Source: Dehalococcoidia bacterium
GTDB lineage: Bacteria > Chloroflexota > Dehalococcoidia > Lucifugimonadales > VXLM01
Reading direction: 5' to 3'
DNA: 64,000 nt
Assembly (NCBI GenBank): GCA_963665745.1
Contig: OY762443.1
Coordinates: 2,182,301-2,246,300 of the forward strand
This document shows positions 29,666-39,355 of this stretch, piece after piece. The notes under the pieces are model-generated. The model did no database searches and was not told the origin of the DNA. It saw only the letters and a program-made list of their open reading frames with translations. A program made the position numbers and the translations under genes. Position 1 is the first letter of the stretch. Each line of letters starts with the position of its first letter.

Positions 29666-31993
29666 ATGCTTGACGTCGTCCTGTGGCTGATCGCCGCCTA
29701 TGCCATCGCGCTGGCGGCCTTTCCCCTCTGCTATTTCCTACTTCCCAACCTGCGCGATCGCGGCGCGAGCATTGCCATGCCGTTCGGCATTCTCACGTTG
29801 GGGTACGTCTCGTGGATTCTGAGCGTCCTGCGGATCGTGCCCAGCACGCAGATTACGGTCATCCTTCTGCTGATTGTCATGGCCGGCTTTTCGGCCTGGC
29901 TAGTGAGAGGCAACCGGCGGGAGTTGGTTGACTTCGTTGTTCGGGAGTGGAGGACGTTGGCGCTGGGCCAGGTCGTCTTCCTCAGCGTGTTCGCCGTGTG
30001 GATTGCCTACCGGTTCCACGACCCCTCGATCAACCATACCGAGCAGCCGATGGACTTCATGTTCCTCAACAGCACGGCGCGTTCGATGCTTGGGACGCCG
30101 GAGGACCCGTGGCTCAGGGGCGAGGGCATCAGCTACTACTACTTCGGATACTGGAACTTCGCCTTGCTGACCAAGCTCACGGGCATCGTGTCCGGCGTGA
30201 CGTACAACCTCTCCCTGGCGCTTGTTCCCGCTATGGCGGCGGCCGGCATGTACGGGCTCGTCTCCAACCTTGTGCGGGCCGATAGAGGCAAGTTCAAGGC
30301 CGCGGTGCTGACGGGGATGGTGGCCGCACTCATCCTCGTCTTCCTGGCAAACTTGGAGGGCGTGTTAGAGTTCATGCGTGCAAACGGCATGGGCTCCGAC
30401 GGTTTCTGGGACTGGATCGGCGTGGCCGGACTGACGGCTCCGACGGGAAGCCTCACCCAAGAGTGGTGGCCCACGGAGAACTGGTGGTGGTGGCGCGCGA
30501 CCCGCGTGATAGGCAGCTTCGATGCCGGTCTCCAGACCGACTACACGATCCATGAGTTCCCGGCGTTCAGCTACGTGCTTGGAGACCTGCACCCTCACGT
30601 GATGTCGGTGCCGTTCGTCGTGATGTTCCTCGGGTTCTTGTGGAACTTTTGGCGCGTCCCGTCGGTGTGGTCGTGGAACGACTGGAGATCGTACCTTCCA
30701 CTCTTCGTGATCGCCTTCCTACTTGGCGGCCTCGGATTCACCAACATGTGGGATCTTCCGGTGTTCGCCCTGGTTTTCTTGCTCATGGCTGCGCTCAAGG
30801 TGTACCGGAGCGGAGGGACGCGGGTCCGTGACCTGATACTGGAGACGGCGCCGCTTGCTCTGCTCGTGGGTGTCGCGGTGTTCATACTCTATTCGCCATA
30901 TTTCCTCACCTTCACGAGCCAGGTGGGCGGCATCGGAGCGTTGGACGGCCCGGCGACTCGCAGCTTTCATTTGTTCCTCGTATGGGCTCCGTACCTTGTC
31001 GCGGTCGCGCCCTTCGTCGTTGCGGTTTATTCGCGCACGACGGTCAGAGAGGACTGGGCACGCACAACTCTCTATGCACTATTGGCGGGATTTCTGCCGT
31101 TTGTTGTTTGGATCCCCTTGTACATGAACGGAGGCGGTGACCCCGCAGGCGTCATCGGCCGGTTCATCCAGGTCCTGCCCCTTGCGCTACTCGTCACACT
31201 GGCGGCCTATGCGACGTTGTGGCTCATTGGCGAAGGGAAAGCGTCGGAGGGGATGATATTCGCCATGGCCCTAGCGACCCTTGGACTGGCGCTGATAATG
31301 GGGCCGGAACTGCTCTTCGTCGACGACTCATTCGGCGGCGCGCACGAACGCATGAACACCGTGTTCAAGCTCTACTACCAAGCGTGGACGATTCTCGTGG
31401 CGGCAACGGGCTTCGTCATATACTATTGGGCCAAACTCATCCGGGAGTCGCAGGGATCACCCCGGCTACTGCTGCGATTTTGGGGAGCCGTGTTCGTACT
31501 CGTACTAGTGGGGGCGTTGTACTACACACCCGCTGCGATTGCGTCCAAGGCGGAGTTGTACGGTGAGGACAGGACGCTGGACGGCCTCCAGCATGTTGAA
31601 CGCTACGCCGGCCCTGAGTACCGTGCCATCGAGTACATCCGGGAGAACGTCGGAAACGACTCCGCGATACTGGAGGCAGTCGGGGGGGGATACTCGGAAC
31701 ACGGGCGTATCGCGTCGAGCACCGGCGTGCCGACCGTGCTCAACTGGCCTGGACACGAGATGCAGTGGCGAGGATCGTCGAAGCCGTTCGAGGGCCGGGA
31801 GCAGGACGTACAGACCATCTATCAGACGCTCGACATCAGCGAGGCTGCGTCACTGCTGGACAAGTACGACGTCGACCACGTATACGTCGGTGCTCGCGAA
31901 CGCAGCAGGTACGGTGAGGCGGGCCTCTCGAAGTTTGCCGAGTTCATGACGCCTGTCTTCTCCGAAGCGGATGTCGTTATATACAGAAGGTGA
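29666..31993 (+). CDS. DUF2298 (Chlor_Arch_YYY domain) polytopic membrane protein
   Basis: The GISYYYFGYW 'YYY' motif in a large multi-TM protein. Confidence 0.75.
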   Translation: MLDVVLWLIAAYAIALAAFPLCYFLLPNLRDRGASIAMPFGILTLGYVSWILSVLRIVPSTQITVILLLIVMAGFSAWLVRGNRRELVDFVVREWRTLALGQVVFLSVFAVWIAYRFHDPSINHTEQPMDFMFLNSTARSMLGTPEDPWLRGEGISYYYFGYWNFALLTKLTGIVSGVTYNLSLALVPAMAAAGMYGLVSNLVRADRGKFKAAVLTGMVAALILVFLANLEGVLEFMRANGMGSDGFWDWIGVAGLTAPTGSLTQEWWPTENWWWWRATRVIGSFDAGLQTDYTIHEFPAFSYVLGDLHPHVMSVPFVVMFLGFLWNFWRVPSVWSWNDWRSYLPLFVIAFLLGGLGFTNMWDLPVFALVFLLMAALKVYRSGGTRVRDLILETAPLALLVGVAVFILYSPYFLTFTSQVGGIGALDGPATRSFHLFLVWAPYLVAVAPFVVAVYSRTTVREDWARTTLYALLAGFLPFVVWIPLYMNGGGDPAGVIGRFIQVLPLALLVTLAAYATLWLIGEGKASEGMIFAMALATLGLALIMGPELLFVDDSFGGAHERMNTVFKLYYQAWTILVAATGFVIYYWAKLIRESQGSPRLLLRFWGAVFVLVLVGALYYTPAAIASKAELYGEDRTLDGLQHVERYAGPEYRAIEYIRENVGNDSAILEAVGGGYSEHGRIASSTGVPTVLNWPGHEMQWRGSSKPFEGREQDVQTIYQTLDISEAASLLDKYDVDHVYVGARERSRYGEAGLSKFAEFMTPVFSEADVVIYRR

Positions 31994-34448
31994 TAGGTTG
32001 ACCGTCCACCTCCACGACCTCAAGCAATACGCCGCCAAGCGCCCGTGGTACGCGGCGCTCTACGTCGTTGTGGCCGTCGCGGCCGCGGTCGTCCGGTTCT
32101 GGGACTTGGGGGCGCGAGCATTACACCACGACGAAAGCCTTCACGCCTTCTACTCTTGGAGTCTGTACAACGGGGACGGCTACATCCACAACCCGATGAT
32201 GCACGGCCCGTTCCAGATGGAGGCCACAGCCGGGCTGTTCTTCCTATTCGGCGACGACGACTACACGGCAAGACTGCTCTATGCCATTGCCGGCACGGCG
32301 CTGGTGCTGATGCCGCTGCTCTTCCGGTCCCGGCTGGGAGACTGGGGCGCGTTGTTCACGTCGCTATTCCTGGCGTTTTCTCCGGCGATGTTGTACTACA
32401 GCCGCTTTGCGCGCAACGATATTCTCATGGCGGTCTGGGCGCTCGGCATCGTCATCGCAATGTGGAGGTATCTCGACGAGGACGCAGGGGATGGCTCACG
32501 GAAGCGTCCCTCCCTTGTCCGACGCAGGGGGGCCGTCGCCATGGCTGCGATTCGAGACGCTTGGAGCAACTCCCGCCTTCGACGTTGGACATCAGCATTT
32601 GCGACCGTTCTCCGGAACGACTTGAGCAAGGAGGCGGAAGAGTCTAAGCACGAGGAATCCGCCCGCGAACCTAACGAAGAAGAGATTGCCGAGCCTCCAC
32701 CCAAGATGGGCAAGGCGATTTATCTGTACATTACCGCGGCCCTTCTCGCCTTCGCCTTCGCCTCGAAGGAGAGCGCCTACCTCATTACCGCGACGATGGG
32801 CCTGTACCTCGTGCTCGTGATCGTAAGCCGCAACTGGAGCGCGGTGAAATCGAAGGTTAATGTTGGTGTCGACTCGCCGCCCGTCGCCGCCGTCAAGATT
32901 GTGGGTGGCTGGATATCCCGGCTTGAACAGGGCCTCGAAATGCGGGGTATATCAAAGGAGGCCGGCTTCCTGGTGCTGCTGATTACCATCACCCTCCCGC
33001 TGTGGGGGGCGTTTGTCAGCATCCTCCAGGACACCCCGCTCCTCGACTGGAGCGGACTGACGTTGGCGAGTCCCGTAGGAGGTTCAGGTCCGATCGGCTC
33101 TCCTGTCGGGGGCGGACTGGTCGTCGCCTTCCTCGTTACGGCGCTCCTGATCTTCCTCGCTCTGTCCTACGGTCTCAAGTGGAACACGTCGGTCTGGTGG
33201 AAGGCCGCCGCGATCTTCTACGCGCTCTACATCCTGATGTACACATCATTCCTCACCAACGGTTTCGGCATAGGATCGGGCGTGTGGCAGTCTCTCGGCT
33301 ACTGGGTCGTGCAGCAGGGCGAGGGAAGAGGCAGCCAACCCTTGTACTACTACACCGTGATAACCACGCTGTACGAGTTCCTTCCGCTGCTGCTCTCGAT
33401 CATCGGCAGCGTCTACTACCTCCGCAAGCGGGACAAGTTCGGCCTGTTCTTGGTGTACTGGGTCTGGACAACCTTCCTGCTCTACACCATCGCCAGCGAG
33501 AAGATGCCCTGGCTGCTGGTCAACATCACCCTGCCGATGATCGTGCTTTCCGGCAAGTTACTCAACGACATAATCGTGCGTGTCGAGTGGAGAAAGGTCT
33601 CGATTGTTGGGGGCCTCCTAACGCTCGTCGGCGTTCCCGTATTTCTGGCCCTCCTGTGGAACTTGGCCTTCCTCGGCCTCGATGGCAGCGAAACGGTTGC
33701 CGGTCTTCAAGTCGATGTCTTGGCTATGGCCCTAGCAGTGGTCGTCATAGTCCTTGTAGCTGCCGGGTATTTCCTAGCCCGGAAAATCGGCCCCGCCGTC
33801 TTCGCGACGATTGGCCTGGTCTCAATAGCGGCGATACTGCTGGTTCTCAGCGGGCGCGCGGGCCTGATGGCGACCTTCCGGCACGGGGACATCCCCGTCG
33901 AGATGATCGTCTATACCCAGACCTCGCCCGACATCCACGACTTGGCGGAACGATTGCGCGGGCAGGACGCAAGTGAGGGGATACATATCGCCGCCATTGA
34001 CGGCACGAGCGGATTCCACTGGCCGTGGTATTGGTATCTGCGTGGGAGAGAAGATATCCAATACACGAACTATGGCACTACGGGAGTGACGAACCCACCG
34101 AACTCGCCGGTCGCTCTTGTACACTCGACCAACAAGAAGTCGGCGGACACCACCCTGGAAGATGCGTTCTCCGAACCTCAGCTCATCAGGCATCGATGGT
34201 GGTTCCCCGAGGCAGTTTACAGGGGATATCACGACCCTGAGCATTTTGGCATAGGCAAACTCATGGCCGACCCCCTGGACCGGCGTACCTGGCGAGAACT
34301 TGCCGATTACTTTCTCTACCGGGAATTCTGGACCAACAACGGCGCTTGTGTTCCCGCCGATGACAACTTCTCATGCCTCGGCAGCGAGAACGCCTACATC
34401 TACCAGAAAGCGGACATGTCTACACCGTTTGTCCCACGCTATAACTGA
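31971..34448 (+). CDS. TIGR03663-like / GT-C-fold (PMT_2-like) membrane protein
   Basis: ALHHDESLHAFYSW, YSRFARNDILMAVW and many TM helices. It sits immediately downstream of the YYY gene. An alternative TTG start at 31998 lies just after the upstream stop. Confidence 0.65.
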   Translation: MSLYTEGDRLTVHLHDLKQYAAKRPWYAALYVVVAVAAAVVRFWDLGARALHHDESLHAFYSWSLYNGDGYIHNPMMHGPFQMEATAGLFFLFGDDDYTARLLYAIAGTALVLMPLLFRSRLGDWGALFTSLFLAFSPAMLYYSRFARNDILMAVWALGIVIAMWRYLDEDAGDGSRKRPSLVRRRGAVAMAAIRDAWSNSRLRRWTSAFATVLRNDLSKEAEESKHEESAREPNEEEIAEPPPKMGKAIYLYITAALLAFAFASKESAYLITATMGLYLVLVIVSRNWSAVKSKVNVGVDSPPVAAVKIVGGWISRLEQGLEMRGISKEAGFLVLLITITLPLWGAFVSILQDTPLLDWSGLTLASPVGGSGPIGSPVGGGLVVAFLVTALLIFLALSYGLKWNTSVWWKAAAIFYALYILMYTSFLTNGFGIGSGVWQSLGYWVVQQGEGRGSQPLYYYTVITTLYEFLPLLLSIIGSVYYLRKRDKFGLFLVYWVWTTFLLYTIASEKMPWLLVNITLPMIVLSGKLLNDIIVRVEWRKVSIVGGLLTLVGVPVFLALLWNLAFLGLDGSETVAGLQVDVLAMALAVVVIVLVAAGYFLARKIGPAVFATIGLVSIAAILLVLSGRAGLMATFRHGDIPVEMIVYTQTSPDIHDLAERLRGQDASEGIHIAAIDGTSGFHWPWYWYLRGREDIQYTNYGTTGVTNPPNSPVALVHSTNKKSADTTLEDAFSEPQLIRHRWWFPEAVYRGYHDPEHFGIGKLMADPLDRRTWRELADYFLYREFWTNNGACVPADDNFSCLGSENAYIYQKADMSTPFVPRYN

Positions 34449-34482
34449 AATACCCTAAACATAATCCCGCAAAGGACACACC

Positions 34483-34623
34483 ATGAACATCACGGCCATC
34501 CACTCGCTCTTCGACTACAACTACTGGGTGAACCAACGAATTCTTGAGGCTGCCGTCCTTCTCACCCAATTCGGCCACTCCCCCGGCGATCTCGACTACA
34601 TGATCTTTCTCCGAGACGGCTAG
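34483..34623 (+). pseudogene. Truncated DinB-family fragment (46 codons)
   Basis: MNITAIHSLFDYNYWVNQRILEAA matches DinB-family N-termini. The ORF stops after 46 codons, whereas full-length proteins are about 150-170 aa. Confidence 0.4.
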
Positions 34624-34635
34624 GTCTGGCCTCTT

Positions 34636-35910
34636 TTGCGTAGAGTCTCTTTTCGCGATTTCCCGGCGGCTGCCTTCCCGTTCCCTGAGCTTACCAAGCG
34701 CCAACGTGGTGTGCTGGCGCTGGTTGCCCTTGCATCACTCGTCACGAGCTACGGCACTGCCATCATGGTGCTTGCTCTGCCGCAGATCCAGAGCGGACTC
34801 GGCATCGAAGACGCGGCGGTCAGCGACGTTGCGGCCGTCATCAGACTCGGGTCGCTCGTTGCGGTGCCGGTCGTTCTGGTGGCCGATCGCGTCGGACGTC
34901 GTCCTGCGCTCATATTCGTCATGGTCGCCAATGTGGTATTGACCGCGGCCACGGGGGCATCTCCGTCCATGGAGGCGTTTACCGCTCTCCAGTTTCTCGC
35001 GCGCATTTTCCATACGGCGACGGGTATTGTGGCCGCCGTCTACATTGCCGAGGAATTCCCGTCCGAACACCGGGGCTGGGGATTCGGCGCTCTTGCCATC
35101 CTTGCCGGCGTGGGTTCCGGAGTGGCGCTCGTCATGTTCGGAATGATTGAACAGTTGCCCTTCGGCTGGAGAACGCTCTATCTCTTGGCGCTCGCCTCAT
35201 TGGCGCTCTTCCCGCTCCTGCTTCGGGGACTCCCTGAGACGCAGCGCTTCTTGAGTGCCCAAACACAATCGGCCCCGTCCTACGTGACCGCTCACCTCAG
35301 CCCCATCGTGAGCGTGGCGACGGCCTACCCCGGACGTTTCGCGGCGCTGGCCATCATCATTCTGGTAGTGGCGATCTCAAACGTTGCCGCGGGGCTCTAC
35401 GGGCCGACATACCTGCAATCCGAGCACGAATACTCGCCGGCTCGCCTCTCGACCATTCTTCTCCTCACGGGAATTTTTGGCGCAGCGAGCGCCCTCTACC
35501 TTGGAAGTCTCAGCGACCGTTTTGGACGCAGACGGTTGGCGGTCTTGCTCCTCATAGCAAGCCCCTGTGCCATGGTCGGTTTTTACGAGGCATCGGGGAC
35601 GGTGCTGCCGGTCCTGCTCGTGACATTCGCGCTGGTCGGTACGGGAGCGGACGTCTCATTGGCCGCTATGGGCAAGGAGCTGTTTCCCACGTCGTATCGG
35701 TCTACGGTTTCCGGGTTCGTCGCCATGGTGGCGGCTGCGGGCGGCGTGATCGGACTCTGGGTACACGGACGACTGTTCGATCTCATCGGCGACCAGTGGA
35801 CGGCTGTCAGTGCCCTAGCCGTGTTGGGACTGCTCGCGCCACTCACTCTCGCCTTCACTCTGCCGGAAACGAATCGGCGAGCGCTGGAAGAAATTTCGCC
35901 GGAGCGATAG
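34636..35910 (+). CDS. MFS transporter
   Basis: Twelve-TM pattern with the loop motif ADRVGRRP between TM2 and TM3. The start (TTG at 34636) is uncertain. Confidence 0.75.
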   Translation: MRRVSFRDFPAAAFPFPELTKRQRGVLALVALASLVTSYGTAIMVLALPQIQSGLGIEDAAVSDVAAVIRLGSLVAVPVVLVADRVGRRPALIFVMVANVVLTAATGASPSMEAFTALQFLARIFHTATGIVAAVYIAEEFPSEHRGWGFGALAILAGVGSGVALVMFGMIEQLPFGWRTLYLLALASLALFPLLLRGLPETQRFLSAQTQSAPSYVTAHLSPIVSVATAYPGRFAALAIIILVVAISNVAAGLYGPTYLQSEHEYSPARLSTILLLTGIFGAASALYLGSLSDRFGRRRLAVLLLIASPCAMVGFYEASGTVLPVLLVTFALVGTGADVSLAAMGKELFPTSYRSTVSGFVAMVAAAGGVIGLWVHGRLFDLIGDQWTAVSALAVLGLLAPLTLAFTLPETNRRALEEISPER

Positions 35911-35920
35911 GGCAGGGCAG

Positions 35921-36541
35921 CTAGTTGTACAAGTTCATGGCGCGTTCGACTCCCTCGGCAAGAGTCATAAAGATCGCCTCGACGGCGCGGTCGATTCCCT
36001 CGTCGATAGCTCGACGCTCCTCGTCGCTCGGTCTGCTGAGCACGTGCTGGACATCGCCGACCTGTCCCTCCGGTCTCCCGATTCCAATTCGCACTCGAAC
36101 GAACTCCTGCGTGCCGACTGCCCCGATGATGGACTTCATGCCATTGTGGCCGCCGTCCCCGCCCCGTGCCCTGATGCGCACTTTCCCGGACGGAAGCGCC
36201 ATCTCGTCATACACAACGATGAGGTCCTTCGCCGTCGCTCGGAATCGCGTAAAGAGGGACGTGACCGCTCTCCCGCTTTCATTCACGTATGTTCGCGGCT
36301 TCGCAAGGACGACACGGTGACCGTCGACAACCTGCTCCGACGTATGTACGAGTCGATGCGAACGTGTGGAGCCGCCTGGGTAGCTCTCCCCAATCCGGTC
36401 GACGCACCAAAACCCAACGTTGTGCCGGGTGCCTTCGTATTGGGAACCCGGGTTTCCAAGACCGACAATGATGGTAGGAGTAGAGCCGGGATCGTGCCGG
36501 TCTTCCTGTCTGAGGAATTTTGCGAACGCACCGCGTATCAC
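35921..36541 (-). CDS. pth: Peptidyl-tRNA hydrolase
   Basis: IIVGLGNPGSQYEGTRHNVGF and GGHNGMKSI. A GTG at 36541 was chosen, and the long upstream extension in the ORF track was rejected. Confidence 0.85.
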   Translation of the reverse strand: MIRGAFAKFLRQEDRHDPGSTPTIIVGLGNPGSQYEGTRHNVGFWCVDRIGESYPGGSTRSHRLVHTSEQVVDGHRVVLAKPRTYVNESGRAVTSLFTRFRATAKDLIVVYDEMALPSGKVRIRARGGDGGHNGMKSIIGAVGTQEFVRVRIGIGRPEGQVGDVQHVLSRPSDEERRAIDEGIDRAVEAIFMTLAEGVERAMNLYN

Positions 36542-36787
36542 CGCATACCACCTTAGCGCATAATTTGATCGCCCGACCGACGAGAATCGAAGCGATTCTA
36601 TCAAGCGCGTTCCCCCACTTGAAGATATCGTGATCGTTGCCCGCAAGTCGCTTGGCTTCAGATGATGAGGCATGAGGTGGAGAGACCGCACTCCATGCCG
36701 TTGACCGCTATGCGGCATGAACGCTTGACCGCAGGCAGGGGAGCCTACTACAATCTAGTCAAGGCCTTGAGCCTCTCCACGATTCGC

Positions 36788-36864
36788 GGCCCCGTGGTGT
36801 AGCGGTTTAACATACTGCCCTGTCAAGGCAGAGATCGCCGGTTCGAATCCGGTCGGGGTCGCCA
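36788..36864 (+). tRNA. tRNA-Asp (GTC), CCA encoded
   Basis: Cloverleaf readable by eye. Acceptor GGCCCCG/CGGGGTC, anticodon stem CTGCC/GGCAG with loop CTGTCAA, T-arm GCCGGTTCGAATCCGGT, 3' GCCA. Confidence 0.9.
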
Positions 36865-36998
36865 CCCTTTTAGACACCCTCTTAAGTCAATGGCGTGCTT
36901 CTTGATGGTGTCCTGCTGAGTAGGGTACATTCGGATCGCTGCGCGGCGGCCGGAGGAGTGCGTCCGGCTCGTGACGGCGCTGCGGGAAGTGTTGCCGC

Positions 36999-38525
36999 AT
37001 GAGTAGTCGCGGGATTGCCAAAGTCATCATGGTGCAGGGGACATCGTCCCATGCGGGTAAGTCTGTGCTGGCTGCGGCGCTCTGTCGCATCTTCGCCCAA
37101 GACGGTCTTCAGGTGGCCCCGTTCAAGGCGCAGAATATGTCGCTGAACTCCTACGCCACTCCCGACGGTGGCGAGATAGGTCGTTCCCAGGCAGTGCAGG
37201 CGGCGGCGGCAATGACGGCTCCCAAGGTGGAGATGAACCCCGTGCTGATCAAGCCGGAGGGGGAGGGACGTTCCCAGCTTGTGGTGATGGGCAAACCCCG
37301 GGCCGTGACTTCGCCCCAAGAATACTATGAATTGAAGCCGATGATATGGGAGACGGTGACCTCGTCACTGGCCACGCTGCGGGCGGACTATGACGTCGTG
37401 GTGATCGAAGGGGCGGGGAGCCCGGCGGAAGTCAATCTGAAGGAGCAGGACATCGTCAACATGCGCGTGGCCCTCCACGCCGACGCGCCTGTCCTGCTGG
37501 TTGGCGACATCGACCGCGGTGGCGTCTTCGCCCAGCTGGTAGGGACGATGGTCTTGCTGGAGCCGGAGGAACGGGCGCTGGTGAAGGGCCACGTCATCAA
37601 CAAGTTCCGAGGCGACCCTGCGCTGCTTACGCCGGGACTCGGCTTCCTGGAAGAACGAACCGGAGCGCCGGTCGCAGGCGTGATCCCCCACTTCTCGGAC
37701 ATTCATATTCCCGAGGAAGACTCTGTTGGGCTGGCCGCCAATTCAGGAAATGACGACGATGCGGTGGTTGACGTTGCGGTGATGCGCCTGCCGCATATCG
37801 CCAACTTCGACGATTTCGACCCTCTTCGCCACGAGCCGGGCGTCCGCGTACGCTACGTGGGTCGTGTTGAGGATTTCGGCGCCCCCGACCTCGTTATCAT
37901 CCCGGGAAGCAAGACGACGATGGCCGACCTTGACTGGCTGCGCGCTCAGGGTCTCGCGGAGCGCATCCTGGTCGCGCGCGGCGGCGGGACGCCGGTCATT
38001 GGTATCTGTGCCGGATACCAAATGCTTGGCGAGAGACTCCTTGACCCTGATCGAGTCGAGTCGTCCAGAGATGAGGCGAAGGGACTGGGGCTTCTGCGAA
38101 CGTCTACCACCTTCCTCAGGGAAAAGTCCACGCATCAGGTGAAGGGTCGAGTGACGAATGGCCGGGGTCTCCTGAGCGGGTGCCGGGGCGAGCAGATCAC
38201 GGCCTATGAGATTCACATGGGTGTATCGCACGGGGAGGGGCTGCGCCGTCCGTTCATCATGGAGACGAGATCGGGCGAACGCGTGGACCTGCCCGACGGC
38301 GCGCAGGATGACGAAGGTATCACCCTTGGCACGTATCTGCACGGACTCTTCCACAACCGGACAGTGCGTCGCTCGATGCTGGAGTATGTCGCGCGACGCA
38401 AGGGAGTGACCCTGCCTAGCGCCGGGGAGGAAGTCGAGCCGAGCGCCGAGTACGACAAGCTGGCGGCGCTGGTACGCGAGAACCTCGACATGAAACTGGT
38501 CTATCGCGTGACGGGGCTGTCGTAG
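36999..38525 (+). CDS. cobQ: Cobyric acid synthase
   Basis: VQGTSSHAGKSVLAAALCRIF at the N-terminus plus a C-terminal glutamine amidotransferase region (GICAGYQMLG). Confidence 0.9.
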   Translation: MSSRGIAKVIMVQGTSSHAGKSVLAAALCRIFAQDGLQVAPFKAQNMSLNSYATPDGGEIGRSQAVQAAAAMTAPKVEMNPVLIKPEGEGRSQLVVMGKPRAVTSPQEYYELKPMIWETVTSSLATLRADYDVVVIEGAGSPAEVNLKEQDIVNMRVALHADAPVLLVGDIDRGGVFAQLVGTMVLLEPEERALVKGHVINKFRGDPALLTPGLGFLEERTGAPVAGVIPHFSDIHIPEEDSVGLAANSGNDDDAVVDVAVMRLPHIANFDDFDPLRHEPGVRVRYVGRVEDFGAPDLVIIPGSKTTMADLDWLRAQGLAERILVARGGGTPVIGICAGYQMLGERLLDPDRVESSRDEAKGLGLLRTSTTFLREKSTHQVKGRVTNGRGLLSGCRGEQITAYEIHMGVSHGEGLRRPFIMETRSGERVDLPDGAQDDEGITLGTYLHGLFHNRTVRRSMLEYVARRKGVTLPSAGEEVEPSAEYDKLAALVRENLDMKLVYRVTGLS

Positions 38526-39349
38526 GGAAGCCCCGTTCCATTTTGCGGGCGCTCGTCCGCCGGACCGATTAGGCTGATCGCCAGCGAACCCGTAACGGGG
38601 TCTTGGTACACCGCAGACTTCACTCCGAAGGCGGACTCAAGCGTTTCCGGCGTGAGGACCTCACTTGGCGCCCCCTCCGCGAGCACCCGTCCGTCGCTCA
38701 GGAGCACCAGCTTGTCGCAGTAGCGCGCCGCCATGTTCAGGTCGTGGATGGCGGCGACGGCGGTGAGGCCGTCGTCCACGAGCTGCCGCACGAGGTCGAG
38801 CACCTTGAGCTGGTGGAGCACGTCCAGGTTCGCGGTTGGCTCGTCCATGAGGAGAATTCGGGGCTGCTGCGTCAATGCGCGGGCGACGAACACGCGCTGG
38901 CGCTCGCCGCCGGACAGGGTGTCGAGCGTCCTGTCGGAGAATTGCTCGATCTCGGTCAGCCGCATCGCGTCCCTGGCGATGCGGTCGTCTTCCCGCCCCT
39001 CGATCTCGAAGCGTCCCAGGTGGGGATACCGGCCCATGAGGACAAGCTCTATGGACGTGAAGCCGTAGGTGTACGGCGTGATCTGGGGGACGAGCGCGAG
39101 GGTTGCCGCCACGTCCTTGGGTGACAGCGACGTCAGGTCCGAACCCTCCAAGCGTACCGAGCCGTGGCGGTGCCGCAAGATGCCCGATATGGTCCTCAGG
39201 AGCGTGGTCTTCCCCGCGCCGTTGGGCCCGATCAGTCCGACGAGTTGCCCGCGATCTGCGTGGAGGTCCACGCCGTCCAACAGCGTCTTCCCCTCGACCT
39301 CGTAGGTAAGGTCCTGCGCGCTGATCGCCTGTGGTCTGCTGCCGTTCAT
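38501..39349 (-). CDS. Cobalamin/siderophore-type ABC transporter ATP-binding protein (BtuD/FecE-like)
   Basis: [18 protein letters not shown] and LLMDEPT. It belongs to an operon with FecCD-type permease and BtuF-like genes. Confidence 0.85.
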   Translation of the reverse strand: MNGSRPQAISAQDLTYEVEGKTLLDGVDLHADRGQLVGLIGPNGAGKTTLLRTISGILRHRHGSVRLEGSDLTSLSPKDVAATLALVPQITPYTYGFTSIELVLMGRYPHLGRFEIEGREDDRIARDAMRLTEIEQFSDRTLDTLSGGERQRVFVARALTQQPRILLMDEPTANLDVLHQLKVLDLVRQLVDDGLTAVAAIHDLNMAARYCDKLVLLSDGRVLAEGAPSEVLTPETLESAFGVKSAVYQDPVTGSLAISLIGPADERPQNGTGLPYDSPVTR

Positions 39350-39355
39350 GTCGTG

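Noticed and set aside
36700-36999. An integrative element at tRNA-Asp
   Set aside because: No integrase gene and no repeat of the tRNA 3' end are visible on either side. The neighbours are pth and cobQ.
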